Positions 19,156-28,690 of a DNA stretch of 64,000 bases are shown in pieces; the first letter of the stretch is position 1; each line of letters starts with the position of its first letter. Location: positions 1,290-65,289 of the forward strand of contig JAMOSO010000007.1 in the NCBI GenBank assembly GCA_027063065.1, written 5' to 3'. The position numbers and the translations under genes were made by a program. Source of the stretch: Planctomycetota bacterium (GTDB taxonomy: Bacteria; Planctomycetota; JAMOSO01). The notes beneath the pieces were generated by a model that had not been told where the DNA came from, searched no databases, and saw nothing but the letters and a program-made list of their open reading frames with translations.

Positions 19156-21564
19156 TTAGCTACATTTACTAAATCCACAACTATGACATTTTGCACAACC
19201 TTCGGCCATTACAAGTTCTCCAGCACATTCTGGGCATTTTAGCTTAAAAGCTGTATTTGCTGTGGTTTCTTTGGCGCCCATATCATCACCCATAGTTCTA
19301 AGGCCTTTAGATACTTGGCTTAAATCACTTTCGCCAAGCAGTAAGGCTTTTAAGCCACTATCTTTTTTGGCATGTTGATATTTTTGAATAGCTTTCGCTA
19401 ACCCGTCTGCCAATGATGTAATACGGCCATCTTTGGTTGATATGGATAGGCTAGAGCCGATTCCTTCTAGTTGTTTTACAACATCGTTAAGACTGCCTTC
19501 AACACGTAAATATAAGCTCATAAGGCGACACATAGCCTCTAGATCAGAACATGCCACATCACCACCTTTGCCTAATTGCGCAAATACTTCACGTTCTTTT
19601 CCAGATATTGGATCTACAACAATTTTTACATGCATATTACCAAACGGAGTCATTTGTTTAATGCGAATAGCTGTAAGGATGTCTGGTAAACGCATAGGCT
19701 TAACAAAACCATCTTTGGTTAATTTTAAGGTAGATGTAGCTGGGATTACTTCTTTTTTAGTTTCTTTTTTCTTTTCAGTTAATGCCATAGGTTGATTGTC
19801 ACGACATCCATCGCGGTATACAGTAACGCCTTTGCATTTTTGTTCCCAAGCTTGCACATATATATCGCTAACTTCTTGTATGGTAGCTTCATGAGGGAAA
19901 TTAGTAGTTTTAGATATGGCACTATCACAGTGTTTTTGAAAAGCAGCTTGCATTTTTACATGCCATTCAGGAGTTATGTCGCGTGCGGTTACAAAAACTT
20001 TTTTGATATCTTCTGGGATACCATCAATTTGAGATATAGAACCTAATTCACAGATGCGATCTAATAATTTTTGAGAATGGATGCCAAGTTTTTTAGAAAC
20101 TGTTTCAAATTGTTCGTTTACTTCTGTCAGACGTTGACCATCTAATACATTACGATGAAAAGCCAATGAAAATAATGGCTCGATGCCACAAGAACAGTTG
20201 GCAATAATTGAGATCGTACCTGTAGGTGCTAATGTGGTTGTGCAGGCATTGCGCATTTTGCGTTTGTTTTTTTCCCATATAGAGCCTTTCCAATTAGGAA
20301 AACACCCACGATCATCGGCTAATTTTTCTGAAACAGCATGAGATTCATCGTTTAAAAACTTCATTACTTTTTCAGCAAATTTTACCCCTTCTGATGAATT
20401 ATAAGGGATGCCCATGGCGTATAAAGTGTCGCCAAAACCCATTAACCCTAAACCTATTTTGCGATTATTTTTAGCTATATCTTCAATTTCTTTTATTGGG
20501 TAATTATTGGCATCAATTACATTATCTAAAAATCTAGTTGACAGATGTATGGTGTTTTTTAGCGAGTCCCAATTAAAATTTGCTATGCCATTCTCGTCTT
20601 TTTCAACAAATTTACAGATGTTGATAGATCCTAAATTGCAAGATTCGTAAGGCAATAATGGTTGTTCTCCGCATGGATTAGTCGCTTCGATTTTGCCGAT
20701 ATGTGGCGTGGGGTTTTTGCGGTTTACTTCGTCAATAAAAATAATACCTGGTTCACCTGTATTCCAAGCTTTTTGTACGATTTCATCATATATTTCTTTG
20801 ACAGACCAGTTGCCTCCGTTGTCTTTGGGTATATTAGATGCTTCGCCAGTGCGTGGATTATAGCATACATGGTCGCTATTTGGATTGTCTTTTAAATTTT
20901 GCATAAATTCATCAGTAACCGATACAGATAAATTAAAATTAGTTAAATTGGTTAAATTTTCTTTGACATTAATAAAATCGACAATATCTGGATGGTCAAT
21001 ACGCATCATGCCCATATTGGCGCCACGACGAAAAGCTCCCTGTTGAATAGCGTTGGTGGCCTCAGAAAATACCTTCATAAAAGAAAGAGGTCCTGAAGTA
21101 GTGCCTCCTGATGAGCGTACAATATCATTTTTAGGACGTAAATTGGCAAAGCTAAAACCTGTTCCGCCGCCGGCTTTTTGGATAAGAGCAGTGTTTTTAA
21201 TGCTGGTAAAAATACCGTCAATACTGTCCTCAACGGGTAAAACAAAACAGGCGCTTAACATACCCATACTTCTACCGGCATTCATTAGAGTAGGCGAGTT
21301 AGGCATAAAACGTCCAGATACCATCAAATCATAAAATTCTTGTTTGACTGTTTCTATGGCGCCTTCGGATAGACCGTAATTTTTTTCAACATCAGCTATG
21401 ACGGTGGCAACTCTGTTAAATAGTTCCGCTGGGGTTTCAATAGGTTTGCCATTGTCGTCTTTTGCAAGATAACGAGCTTTTAAAACAGCCTCTGCATTTT
21501 TGGTAATGGCATATGTTGATTTGTCCCCTGCAACTCTATTTGTACTAGTTTTCACAGCCTCCAT
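19156..21564 (-). CDS. nrdJ: class II adenosylcobalamin-dependent ribonucleotide reductase
   Basis: 802 aa. 'VLKARYLAKDDNG' N-terminus, active-site 'NPCGEQPL', and a C-terminal CxxC...CxxC Zn ribbon (CPECAGE...CAKCHSCG). Confidence 0.8.
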   Translation of the reverse strand: MEAVKTSTNRVAGDKSTYAITKNAEAVLKARYLAKDDNGKPIETPAELFNRVATVIADVEKNYGLSEGAIETVKQEFYDLMVSGRFMPNSPTLMNAGRSMGMLSACFVLPVEDSIDGIFTSIKNTALIQKAGGGTGFSFANLRPKNDIVRSSGGTTSGPLSFMKVFSEATNAIQQGAFRRGANMGMMRIDHPDIVDFINVKENLTNLTNFNLSVSVTDEFMQNLKDNPNSDHVCYNPRTGEASNIPKDNGGNWSVKEIYDEIVQKAWNTGEPGIIFIDEVNRKNPTPHIGKIEATNPCGEQPLLPYESCNLGSINICKFVEKDENGIANFNWDSLKNTIHLSTRFLDNVIDANNYPIKEIEDIAKNNRKIGLGLMGFGDTLYAMGIPYNSSEGVKFAEKVMKFLNDESHAVSEKLADDRGCFPNWKGSIWEKNKRKMRNACTTTLAPTGTISIIANCSCGIEPLFSLAFHRNVLDGQRLTEVNEQFETVSKKLGIHSQKLLDRICELGSISQIDGIPEDIKKVFVTARDITPEWHVKMQAAFQKHCDSAISKTTNFPHEATIQEVSDIYVQAWEQKCKGVTVYRDGCRDNQPMALTEKKKETKKEVIPATSTLKLTKDGFVKPMRLPDILTAIRIKQMTPFGNMHVKIVVDPISGKEREVFAQLGKGGDVACSDLEAMCRLMSLYLRVEGSLNDVVKQLEGIGSSLSISTKDGRITSLADGLAKAIQKYQHAKKDSGLKALLLGESDLSQVSKGLRTMGDDMGAKETTANTAFKLKCPECAGELVMAEGCAKCHSCGFSKCS

Positions 21565-21766
21565 CGAAGCTCCTTTATAAGAAAATGGTTAAATTATTGT
21601 TTGTCTATGCAAGATTGTTGCAAAGAAAGTTGTACTTAAAACTTGTGCAAAATTTATCAGCTTTATAAAAAATGACAAGTAAAAACCAATCAAATGCGTA
21701 AGACGTTATGCTGAAAGTGTTTAAGTAATGTTAGCCTTATTTGCAAAGTTGTTTTTGTACAGTTTC

Positions 21767-21815
21767 ATACTATATATGGTATATGCTTATTGTTTTTAAG
21801 CCCTGTATATAGTGG
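21767..21815 (-). promoter_or_regulatory. two candidate NrdR boxes in the nrdJ upstream region
   Basis: Box 1, 21767-21782 'atactatatatggtat', is a 7/8 palindrome and matches 13/16 of acaCwAtATaTwGtgt. Box 2, 21800-21815, reads 'ccactatatacagggc' as its reverse complement and matches 12/16. Centre-to-centre spacing is 33 bp, against the typical 31-32. Confidence 0.4.
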
Positions 21816-21860
21816 TCGTTTTTGTTGTTGACAGACTCTAACCTCTAAGAGAGCAAGGGT

Positions 21861-22385
21861 TTAGGGTGATGATGTATATTTTTTTGCCAGTGCTTGGTAT
21901 TTATTTGCCCACTTTATATGAGTTTGTATAGTATGTGGCTCTAAGTTTTTAATTGTTTTGCCAGGAACGCCTACGACCATTGATCCAGGGGTAATAATTT
22001 GCCCTTCGCGTATTAATGCACCCGCACCAATTACGCTACCTTGTCCAATAATAGCCCCAGATAATACTATGGCGCCTATGCCTATTAAGCAGGCGTTTTC
22101 TACTACACAACCATGCAAATTAACATTGTGTCCAATGGTACAGTTGTTTCCTATAATACATGGATGGTTATTGCTAACGTGTAATACACTACCGTCTTGA
22201 ATATTTGTATTATCACCAATTTGAATATGATTGATATCAGCTCTTAATACAGCATTGTACCATATGGAGCTATTGTTACCTATTTTTACATCGCCAATAA
22301 TTTTGGCTCCATCGGCGATAAATATACTTGAATGAAATGTTGGAATAGAGGTATTAATATTTATGGGTAAATCAGTAGCTGTCAT
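21861..22385 (-). CDS. gamma-class carbonic anhydrase family protein (hexapeptide-repeat, YrdA/PaaY-like)
   Basis: 174 aa left-handed beta-helix hexapeptide repeats: 'IGDNTNIQDGSVLHV', 'IGNNCTIGHNVNLHGC'. Confidence 0.8.
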   Translation of the reverse strand: MTATDLPININTSIPTFHSSIFIADGAKIIGDVKIGNNSSIWYNAVLRADINHIQIGDNTNIQDGSVLHVSNNHPCIIGNNCTIGHNVNLHGCVVENACLIGIGAIVLSGAIIGQGSVIGAGALIREGQIITPGSMVVGVPGKTIKNLEPHTIQTHIKWANKYQALAKKYTSSP

Positions 22386-22429
22386 TAGTTAGTTCTCCAA
22401 AAAAAAAAGTTATCTGTTATACTACATAA

Positions 22430-23512
22430 ATGTCTATAAACAATGAAGCAAGAGATTTAGCACAAAGTATATCACAATTGGGTTCACATAGTGCTTTAGA
22501 AGAAATGCGTCATTTAAAAGGTGAGGCATTAGTTAAACGTTATTTAGAATTTTTAGCTAATTGCACCCTTGAAACAGTACATAGTTATCAAGTGCATTTA
22601 ATGCAGTTTTTTGAAGTAATTGGTACAGATGATATAGGCAAAGTTGATGGTGAAGCAGTTGCGGATTATATTTTTCATCTCAAGCAAGAAAATTACGCTC
22701 AAGATTCGATTAAATTAAAAATCGGACGCGTGATGGGTTTTTTGCGTTTTTGTAATGATTTAAATATGCTAAATTTCCCATTGGGCTTGTTATCTCATTT
22801 AATTAAAGCACCTAGAGTTCATACAAAAGAGTTAAGCAGTAAAGATATCTTTGATTTGGGTGATATAGAAAAGTTGGCAATGTATTTTAATACACGCATT
22901 TCTCAAGCTACTGTAGAAAACAATTTAAAAGCCATGCGTTTGGCATGGAGAGATAGGTTGATTTTTACGATAGGTCTTAATACTGGCATTCGAGTTAGTG
23001 AGATATCTAATATCCAAATTAAGGATATGATTCAATATAATGGAAAATGGTATATTAAGATTATTGGTAAGGGCTCTAAACATTTTGATGTTCCTTTATT
23101 AGGTAGAGATTTAACAGAGGTTATTAAACCATATTTACAAATTACAAAACGCACGATGGGTGATAGAGATAGTTATTTATTAATGAGTGATAGATCTAAA
23201 GGTTTAAAACCTCTTAATCGTACAGCTATTTTTAAAGTAATTAAAAAGGTATGTTTAGAAGCAGAGATATATAAAAATTTATCACCCCATTCTTTGCGTC
23301 ATACCTTTGCTACAAATTTAGCCTTGCAGGGTGCCGATATTCATACGGTTAAAGAAGCTTTACATCATGAAAGTATCACTACTTCAGAGCGATATATTCA
23401 TATGGCTCAGCAGTTAAAGGATAAAATCCGTAATTATATACCAGGTGTGGTATTAAATGCGCAAAAGGGTGGGGAAGTTTATATTAATTATCATGCAGGT
23501 TATAATTTATAA
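22430..23512 (+). CDS. site-specific tyrosine recombinase (XerC/XerD family-like)
   Basis: C-terminal catalytic region carries R (LNTGIRVSE), 'HSLRHTFAT' and 'SERYIHM' (the Tyr). The N-terminal SAM-like core-binding domain is present. Confidence 0.6.
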   Translation: MSINNEARDLAQSISQLGSHSALEEMRHLKGEALVKRYLEFLANCTLETVHSYQVHLMQFFEVIGTDDIGKVDGEAVADYIFHLKQENYAQDSIKLKIGRVMGFLRFCNDLNMLNFPLGLLSHLIKAPRVHTKELSSKDIFDLGDIEKLAMYFNTRISQATVENNLKAMRLAWRDRLIFTIGLNTGIRVSEISNIQIKDMIQYNGKWYIKIIGKGSKHFDVPLLGRDLTEVIKPYLQITKRTMGDRDSYLLMSDRSKGLKPLNRTAIFKVIKKVCLEAEIYKNLSPHSLRHTFATNLALQGADIHTVKEALHHESITTSERYIHMAQQLKDKIRNYIPGVVLNAQKGGEVYINYHAGYNL

Positions 23513-23514
23513 AT

Positions 23515-24756
23515 ATGTCTGAACCAATGTTTTTATCCCGTGATAAGCATCCAATATCTCGTAAAGATATTGATAAGGGTGTATTACATATTTTATATAC
23601 ATTAAAAGATTCACGTTTTAGAGCCACTTTGGTTGGCGGATGTATTAGGGATATGTTATGCGGTTTAAAGCCAAAAGATTTTGATATAGCTACTGATGCG
23701 CCTCCAGAGAAAATCAGACGGTTATTTAGGCGTTGTTATATTATAGGTCGTCGTTTTAGGTTGGCGCATGTATATACCTCTAAAAATGACTTTGTTGAAG
23801 TGGCTACATATCGAGGCCCTGTTGATCAGGACGCAAAAGAAAATCAAATGCATCCCCAAGCTAATAATACTTATGGTAGTATTTCTGAAGATGCCCTGCG
23901 CAGGGATTTTACTATCAATGCGTTATATTATGATATCAATGGCTTTAGTATTATTGATTATGTTGGTGGCTTAGATGATATTAAAAATAAAATTGTGAGG
24001 ATGATAGGTGATCCGTATCAGCGAATTTTAGAAGATCCAGTGCGTATAATACGCGCTGTAAAATATGCTGCTAAATTAGATTTTAATATCGAACCAGTTT
24101 TATTGACACAGTGTCAAAATTTAATTCCAGAGCTTATTAAAACTAATACTGTTAGACGTTTAGAAGAATTGTATAAAATATTAAATAGTGGCTATAGTGC
24201 GCCAGTTTTTAAGTTATTACATAAAATAGACGCTATTAACGCCATTGCCCCACAGTGTGATAAGAATATAGATTTATTAATAACTAGATTGCGTTTACTA
24301 GATGAGTCGATTGCCAATGGTAATAAATTTTCTAGGGGTGTTTTAATTGGCTTATTATATTATCAACGCATTTTAGGTGCTTTGCATACTAAGCAGGCAC
24401 AATTAGGTAAACGTATAGATGCTACATCTTTTTATTATGATGAGTTTACACCTATTGCTATTAGTATTAGTTTACCTAAAGTCGATCGTGAGATTATGCG
24501 TAGTGTTTTAATGCAACAAGATATTTTTAAAAACCCTTATGAGCGCTCGTTTAATAAAAAGCGTTTTGTACAATCTCGCAATTTTAAAGACGCATTTGAT
24601 TTATTTAAAATTTTAAATAACGCAGATGAAAACTCAGAAATATTTGAGTTTTGGTATGATTTAATCGATAAAATACCACCCTTGCCAGATAAGCCAAAAA
24701 CCAAAAAAAAGGCCAATCGCTATAAGCGTAAACGTCGCAAGCCACCTGTTAAATAA
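23515..24756 (+). CDS. pcnB: poly(A) polymerase I-like nucleotidyltransferase
   Basis: Head domain 'LVGGCIRDMLCGLKPKDFDIATDA' (the GG..RD / DxD motifs of the CCA/PAP family). The lysine/arginine-rich C-terminal tail (KPKTKKKANRYKRKRRKPPVK) is typical of PcnB. Confidence 0.6.
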   Translation: MSEPMFLSRDKHPISRKDIDKGVLHILYTLKDSRFRATLVGGCIRDMLCGLKPKDFDIATDAPPEKIRRLFRRCYIIGRRFRLAHVYTSKNDFVEVATYRGPVDQDAKENQMHPQANNTYGSISEDALRRDFTINALYYDINGFSIIDYVGGLDDIKNKIVRMIGDPYQRILEDPVRIIRAVKYAAKLDFNIEPVLLTQCQNLIPELIKTNTVRRLEELYKILNSGYSAPVFKLLHKIDAINAIAPQCDKNIDLLITRLRLLDESIANGNKFSRGVLIGLLYYQRILGALHTKQAQLGKRIDATSFYYDEFTPIAISISLPKVDREIMRSVLMQQDIFKNPYERSFNKKRFVQSRNFKDAFDLFKILNNADENSEIFEFWYDLIDKIPPLPDKPKTKKKANRYKRKRRKPPVK

Positions 24757-24792
24757 CAGGTGCAATAAGGCTAGATTGCCTTAGCGATTAAT

Positions 24793-26229
24793 TTAGTTAT
24801 GTATATGTGTTACTGTAAAATGAGTAATATTTTTGCCAATTATTTTAACCTGTTCACCACGATTGATAAAGCAACCTTCAGTAACTACATCAATGGTTTT
24901 ATCATTGATAATTATTTTGCCACTGGGTCTTAAATCGGTGGAGGCTATACCAATTTGATTTATTAAGTCGTCTTGACTGTTGGAGCAGGTGATGCTTTTG
25001 TCTAATGTAGTTTTTAAAGCTATAGCGTTAAAAACTGGTACATCTGGCAAATAATAGGCCAATATTAAAAATATAACTATTGAGGTTGCAAATGAGCCAG
25101 ATAAAATTTGCATTTGGGTAAATACAAAATCAGTTTGCAATGGCGTATCAGGGATAATTATTCCACCGGTGAAGGATAAAACTAAACCCATTAAAAATAA
25201 TCCAAAGCCAATCAAACCAAATAGCATAGTGCCAGGAATAATAAATAATTCTATTACGATAAGTACAATGCCTGTAAAAACCATAATAATATAAGGTATA
25301 TCAGCTAAGCCAGATAAATAGCGTGCACCTAATAAAATACTAAAACAGGCGATAGATGTTAAACCAGGCATTCCAAAGCCAGGCATTTTAAATTCTGTCC
25401 ACATGGCGACAAGCGCAATAATTAATATGATTGAACTAACTCCACTAGAGGTTAAATACATGGTTAAATTTTCTGACCAATTTGGTTTAATAGAGGGAAG
25501 TTCTTGAAGGTTATAATATTGTTTAAGTTCACTTATATCTTTTATATTAGCTTTAGAAAATCCCATTTCCAAGGCTTCACTGTTGTCTATGGTTAATAAT
25601 TTGCCTTTAGCTATGATGGTCTTTTTTTGAGTATAACGATTTTTTTTGATTTTTGATAAATCTTGATATTGCTGTTTGCTTAGGTAAGTGGTTTTGCCAT
25701 TTAATTTAAATTTATAAACTTCTATGCTCTGATCGACAAAAGCTTCAGCTAATGGTTGCGAATAACCATTGCGTCTGGCAAATGATCTAAATTGAGAGCG
25801 TAAAACGGTTTCTATTTTTTCGCCAGCTGGGGTTGGTGCGCCATTGTTGCCTCCTACGATTGGTTGGCAATCACCTATTTGTGCTCCGTGTGTCATTATT
25901 ATTTCATTGCAACTCATACTAATTAAAGCCCCCGCAGAGATGGCTCTAGTATTGACCCATGCAATGGTTTTAATCTTTGGATTTGTATTAATTGTATCGC
26001 AAATTTTTAATGCACTATCTACTCTGCCACCAAAAGTATTTAGTTTGTATATAATAATATTTACACCGTTTTTGATTGCTTTTTGGGTGGCATTTTCAAT
26101 GTGCATAGCAAGACTGGGGCTTATTTCTCCGTCTATATTGATAAGCACAGCTTTAGTTTTGGTTGATTCTTGAGCTTGTATATGCAAGCAAGAGATAAAT
26201 AATGTAACAAAAATAGTTATATATTTCAT
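24793..26229 (-). CDS. NfeD-like membrane-bound ClpP-class serine protease
   Basis: 478 aa. Signal peptide, a ClpP/SDH-like domain, about four TM helices, and a C-terminal NfeD OB-fold. Confidence 0.7.
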   Translation of the reverse strand: MKYITIFVTLFISCLHIQAQESTKTKAVLINIDGEISPSLAMHIENATQKAIKNGVNIIIYKLNTFGGRVDSALKICDTINTNPKIKTIAWVNTRAISAGALISMSCNEIIMTHGAQIGDCQPIVGGNNGAPTPAGEKIETVLRSQFRSFARRNGYSQPLAEAFVDQSIEVYKFKLNGKTTYLSKQQYQDLSKIKKNRYTQKKTIIAKGKLLTIDNSEALEMGFSKANIKDISELKQYYNLQELPSIKPNWSENLTMYLTSSGVSSIILIIALVAMWTEFKMPGFGMPGLTSIACFSILLGARYLSGLADIPYIIMVFTGIVLIVIELFIIPGTMLFGLIGFGLFLMGLVLSFTGGIIIPDTPLQTDFVFTQMQILSGSFATSIVIFLILAYYLPDVPVFNAIALKTTLDKSITCSNSQDDLINQIGIASTDLRPSGKIIINDKTIDVVTEGCFINRGEQVKIIGKNITHFTVTHIHN

Positions 26230-26936
26230 TGATTGTTTGATTGTGCGTATGCATCAACCACCTTTTTATTAATCATTGAGGCTTGATATCCAGCCCCAAA
26301 TCCATTGTCAATATTTACCACCGATATACCGGCAGCACAAGAATTTAACATGCTTAAAAGGGGTGCTAATCCGTTAAAAGATGCTCCATACCCAACTGAG
26401 GTTGGCACAGCAATAACAGGAGTATCTATTAAACCTCCGATTACAGAAGGTAATGCTCCGTCCATACCAGCAACGACAACCACGGCATTTGCTTGCTTAA
26501 TTTGATTTATTTTTGCCAAAATTCTATGCAGTCCTGCCACACCACAATCACTTATGCGGATTACTTTGCTACCTGTTACCTCTGCGGTAACGGCGGCTTC
26601 TTCAAAGACAGGCCTGTCGCTTGCACCAGCTGATATTATGGCTATTAATCCAGATTGCTGAATGGGTTGATTATGTATTATTATTGTGCGTGCTATTGGG
26701 TTGTGTTGTGCGTTTGGATATATAGCTAATATTTTATCTGCTGTTTTGGATGATACTCTTGTGCCAAAAAATATTTTATTTTGGTCAGTAAAGTGTTTGA
26801 CTATAGTCAAAATATCTTCGGTAGTTTTTTCGGCACAGTATATAGTTTCAGGCGCAAGGCATCTTTTTTGGCGGTGTGCATCAATGCAAATATGCTCTAA
26901 ATCTTGATAATAATCATTTAAATGGTTTTGGTTCAT
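26226..26936 (-). CDS. larB: LarB-like PurE-fold protein (nickel-pincer cofactor biosynthesis / AIR carboxylase-related)
   Basis: 236 aa. The C-terminal PurE-like block reads 'VVVAGMDGALPSVIGGLIDTPVIAVPTSVGYG'. The N-terminal LarB-specific extension is present. It overlaps nfeD by 4 nt (ATGA). Confidence 0.65.
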   Translation of the reverse strand: MNQNHLNDYYQDLEHICIDAHRQKRCLAPETIYCAEKTTEDILTIVKHFTDQNKIFFGTRVSSKTADKILAIYPNAQHNPIARTIIIHNQPIQQSGLIAIISAGASDRPVFEEAAVTAEVTGSKVIRISDCGVAGLHRILAKINQIKQANAVVVVAGMDGALPSVIGGLIDTPVIAVPTSVGYGASFNGLAPLLSMLNSCAAGISVVNIDNGFGAGYQASMINKKVVDAYAQSNNQ

Positions 26937-26937
26937 A

Positions 26938-28461
26938 TTAAAAGAATCCTGAAAAATCTACATTGGGTAATGGCAGGTCGCCTTTGATTTTAATAGGATA
27001 GATTTGATTTTTTTTGACTGTGGGATCTAATTTGTTAAATCCTGTTAATCCTATATTTAAATTAAGATAGTTTGGTGCTTTAAAATATCCATTTAAATAT
27101 GTATCAAATGATGATGGGCTATTGATTTGAATATCTTTTAATTGATATTGGTTGTTTTTAAATATTAATTTGCCAGAGTTAATATTAAAATCATATTGAT
27201 TGGGTATGGTTTGGATAATATTTGCTATTTGGTGTTGGTTGTGATTATTAGCTTGTGTACTGATGGGAAATTGCAATCCTATCTTTATAAATTTAAACCA
27301 TTGTGCATTTATATGTCCGTTGCGTAAACGTGGCTCGGCATTAAAACTTAGATGATGCATAATAGGATTGTATTGCCAACCTTTGGTTTGTAAATCATTA
27401 ATGGCAACATTTAATTGTCCTGACACACCCGCTAATGATGAAAATTTTGATTGAATCATTTGTGTGATGTCTAAATTACTAATATTGCCATTGGCTGACC
27501 ATACAGGATTGGTGTTATTTATATTGCCAGATAAACTACCTGTTGCTATGCCATGAAATATAGATGCGTGGTTAAGATTTATACTTAGCAGACCATTATC
27601 TAAAAAACTTTCCAACTGTATATTTTTGATGGGTGCAATCGGTGTTTGTAAAATATCAAGCGATGCTTTGTTGTTAAGTGTAATCTTGTTATGATTTGCC
27701 TTAGTTATTTGTATAGTTCCATTAGTATTAAAGTTTTTAAATGAGTATCCATTAGGTAAAAGTTCTGGAAAGTTTAGTTTTAGCATATCATCATTTTGAA
27801 TTGTGATACTGTAATCAAAACTGTGTTGATTATGATTTGAAATACCAGACAATACTATCTTGCCAATGGGCGTAAATATGGTGGTATCTTGAATACTAAT
27901 CAAGTTGTTTTGTAGTGCAATTTTAATATTAAATTCTATTTTGCAAGCGCTTAAATTGACTGGGTGTAAACCTAATGCTAATGGCGTTGCTTGTAGATTT
28001 GCCGTTGTATAACCTGTAAAAAATAGTTTTTTAGTGTTGCCATTTATTTGACAATTTAAATTAATATTTTTTAAGTTAATTTTATATTGATTTAAATAAA
28101 TCTTAAAATTTGCGTGTTTAAAGTTTATGTTTTCTATTTTTAGTTTACCTTGTAAAAGCGATGGCGTGTCAACTTGCGCCAATATTTTTTTGGCATCAAA
28201 AACATTTTTTTTATGCCTTAAGTGCATATTGCTGATTTGAATATCAGATTTATTTAAGCCTGTACTAATTTGTAAGTGTTTTAATTTACAGTCCCCTTGT
28301 ATATATGTGCTTAATACTTGTTCTAGTTTAGCTTTTGTTGATTTGCTAGAAAGATAATTAGATATTATATTTGGCAGAATAACAGTGCTTGTTATTAAAA
28401 AAATTATCAGTCCAACCGTGCCAAAGATAATAGCTTTATTGTAAGTTTTAGATATTTGCAT
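26938..28461 (-). CDS. AsmA-like membrane-anchored Asn-rich protein
   Basis: 507 aa. N-terminal TM anchor, then a long Asn/Ile-rich beta-rich region. The family assignment is tentative. Confidence 0.4.
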   Translation of the reverse strand: MQISKTYNKAIIFGTVGLIIFLITSTVILPNIISNYLSSKSTKAKLEQVLSTYIQGDCKLKHLQISTGLNKSDIQISNMHLRHKKNVFDAKKILAQVDTPSLLQGKLKIENINFKHANFKIYLNQYKINLKNINLNCQINGNTKKLFFTGYTTANLQATPLALGLHPVNLSACKIEFNIKIALQNNLISIQDTTIFTPIGKIVLSGISNHNQHSFDYSITIQNDDMLKLNFPELLPNGYSFKNFNTNGTIQITKANHNKITLNNKASLDILQTPIAPIKNIQLESFLDNGLLSINLNHASIFHGIATGSLSGNINNTNPVWSANGNISNLDITQMIQSKFSSLAGVSGQLNVAINDLQTKGWQYNPIMHHLSFNAEPRLRNGHINAQWFKFIKIGLQFPISTQANNHNQHQIANIIQTIPNQYDFNINSGKLIFKNNQYQLKDIQINSPSSFDTYLNGYFKAPNYLNLNIGLTGFNKLDPTVKKNQIYPIKIKGDLPLPNVDFSGFF

Positions 28462-28690
28462 AATTAATTAAAATGTCCTTAAATAGAAATTACATTGTAA
28501 TGCCTTTGTTAATGGATGCAATTGTACCTATCTTCTTTTGCAAATAGAAAATGTTAAATAAATAATAGAAAAAGATATTTATTAATCAATTATAGGTATT
28601 AAATTGTAATTAAGCTTAAATCTAATCATAAGCTTATATTATTTGTTAAAGTTAAATATAGTAATAACAACAAAATAAAGGTGAAATTCT

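Noticed and set aside
24741-24762. Perfect 8-bp inverted repeat (cacctgtt aaat aacaggtg) spanning the pcnB stop codon, as a possible terminator.
   Set aside because: No downstream T-tract. I note it only as a hairpin.
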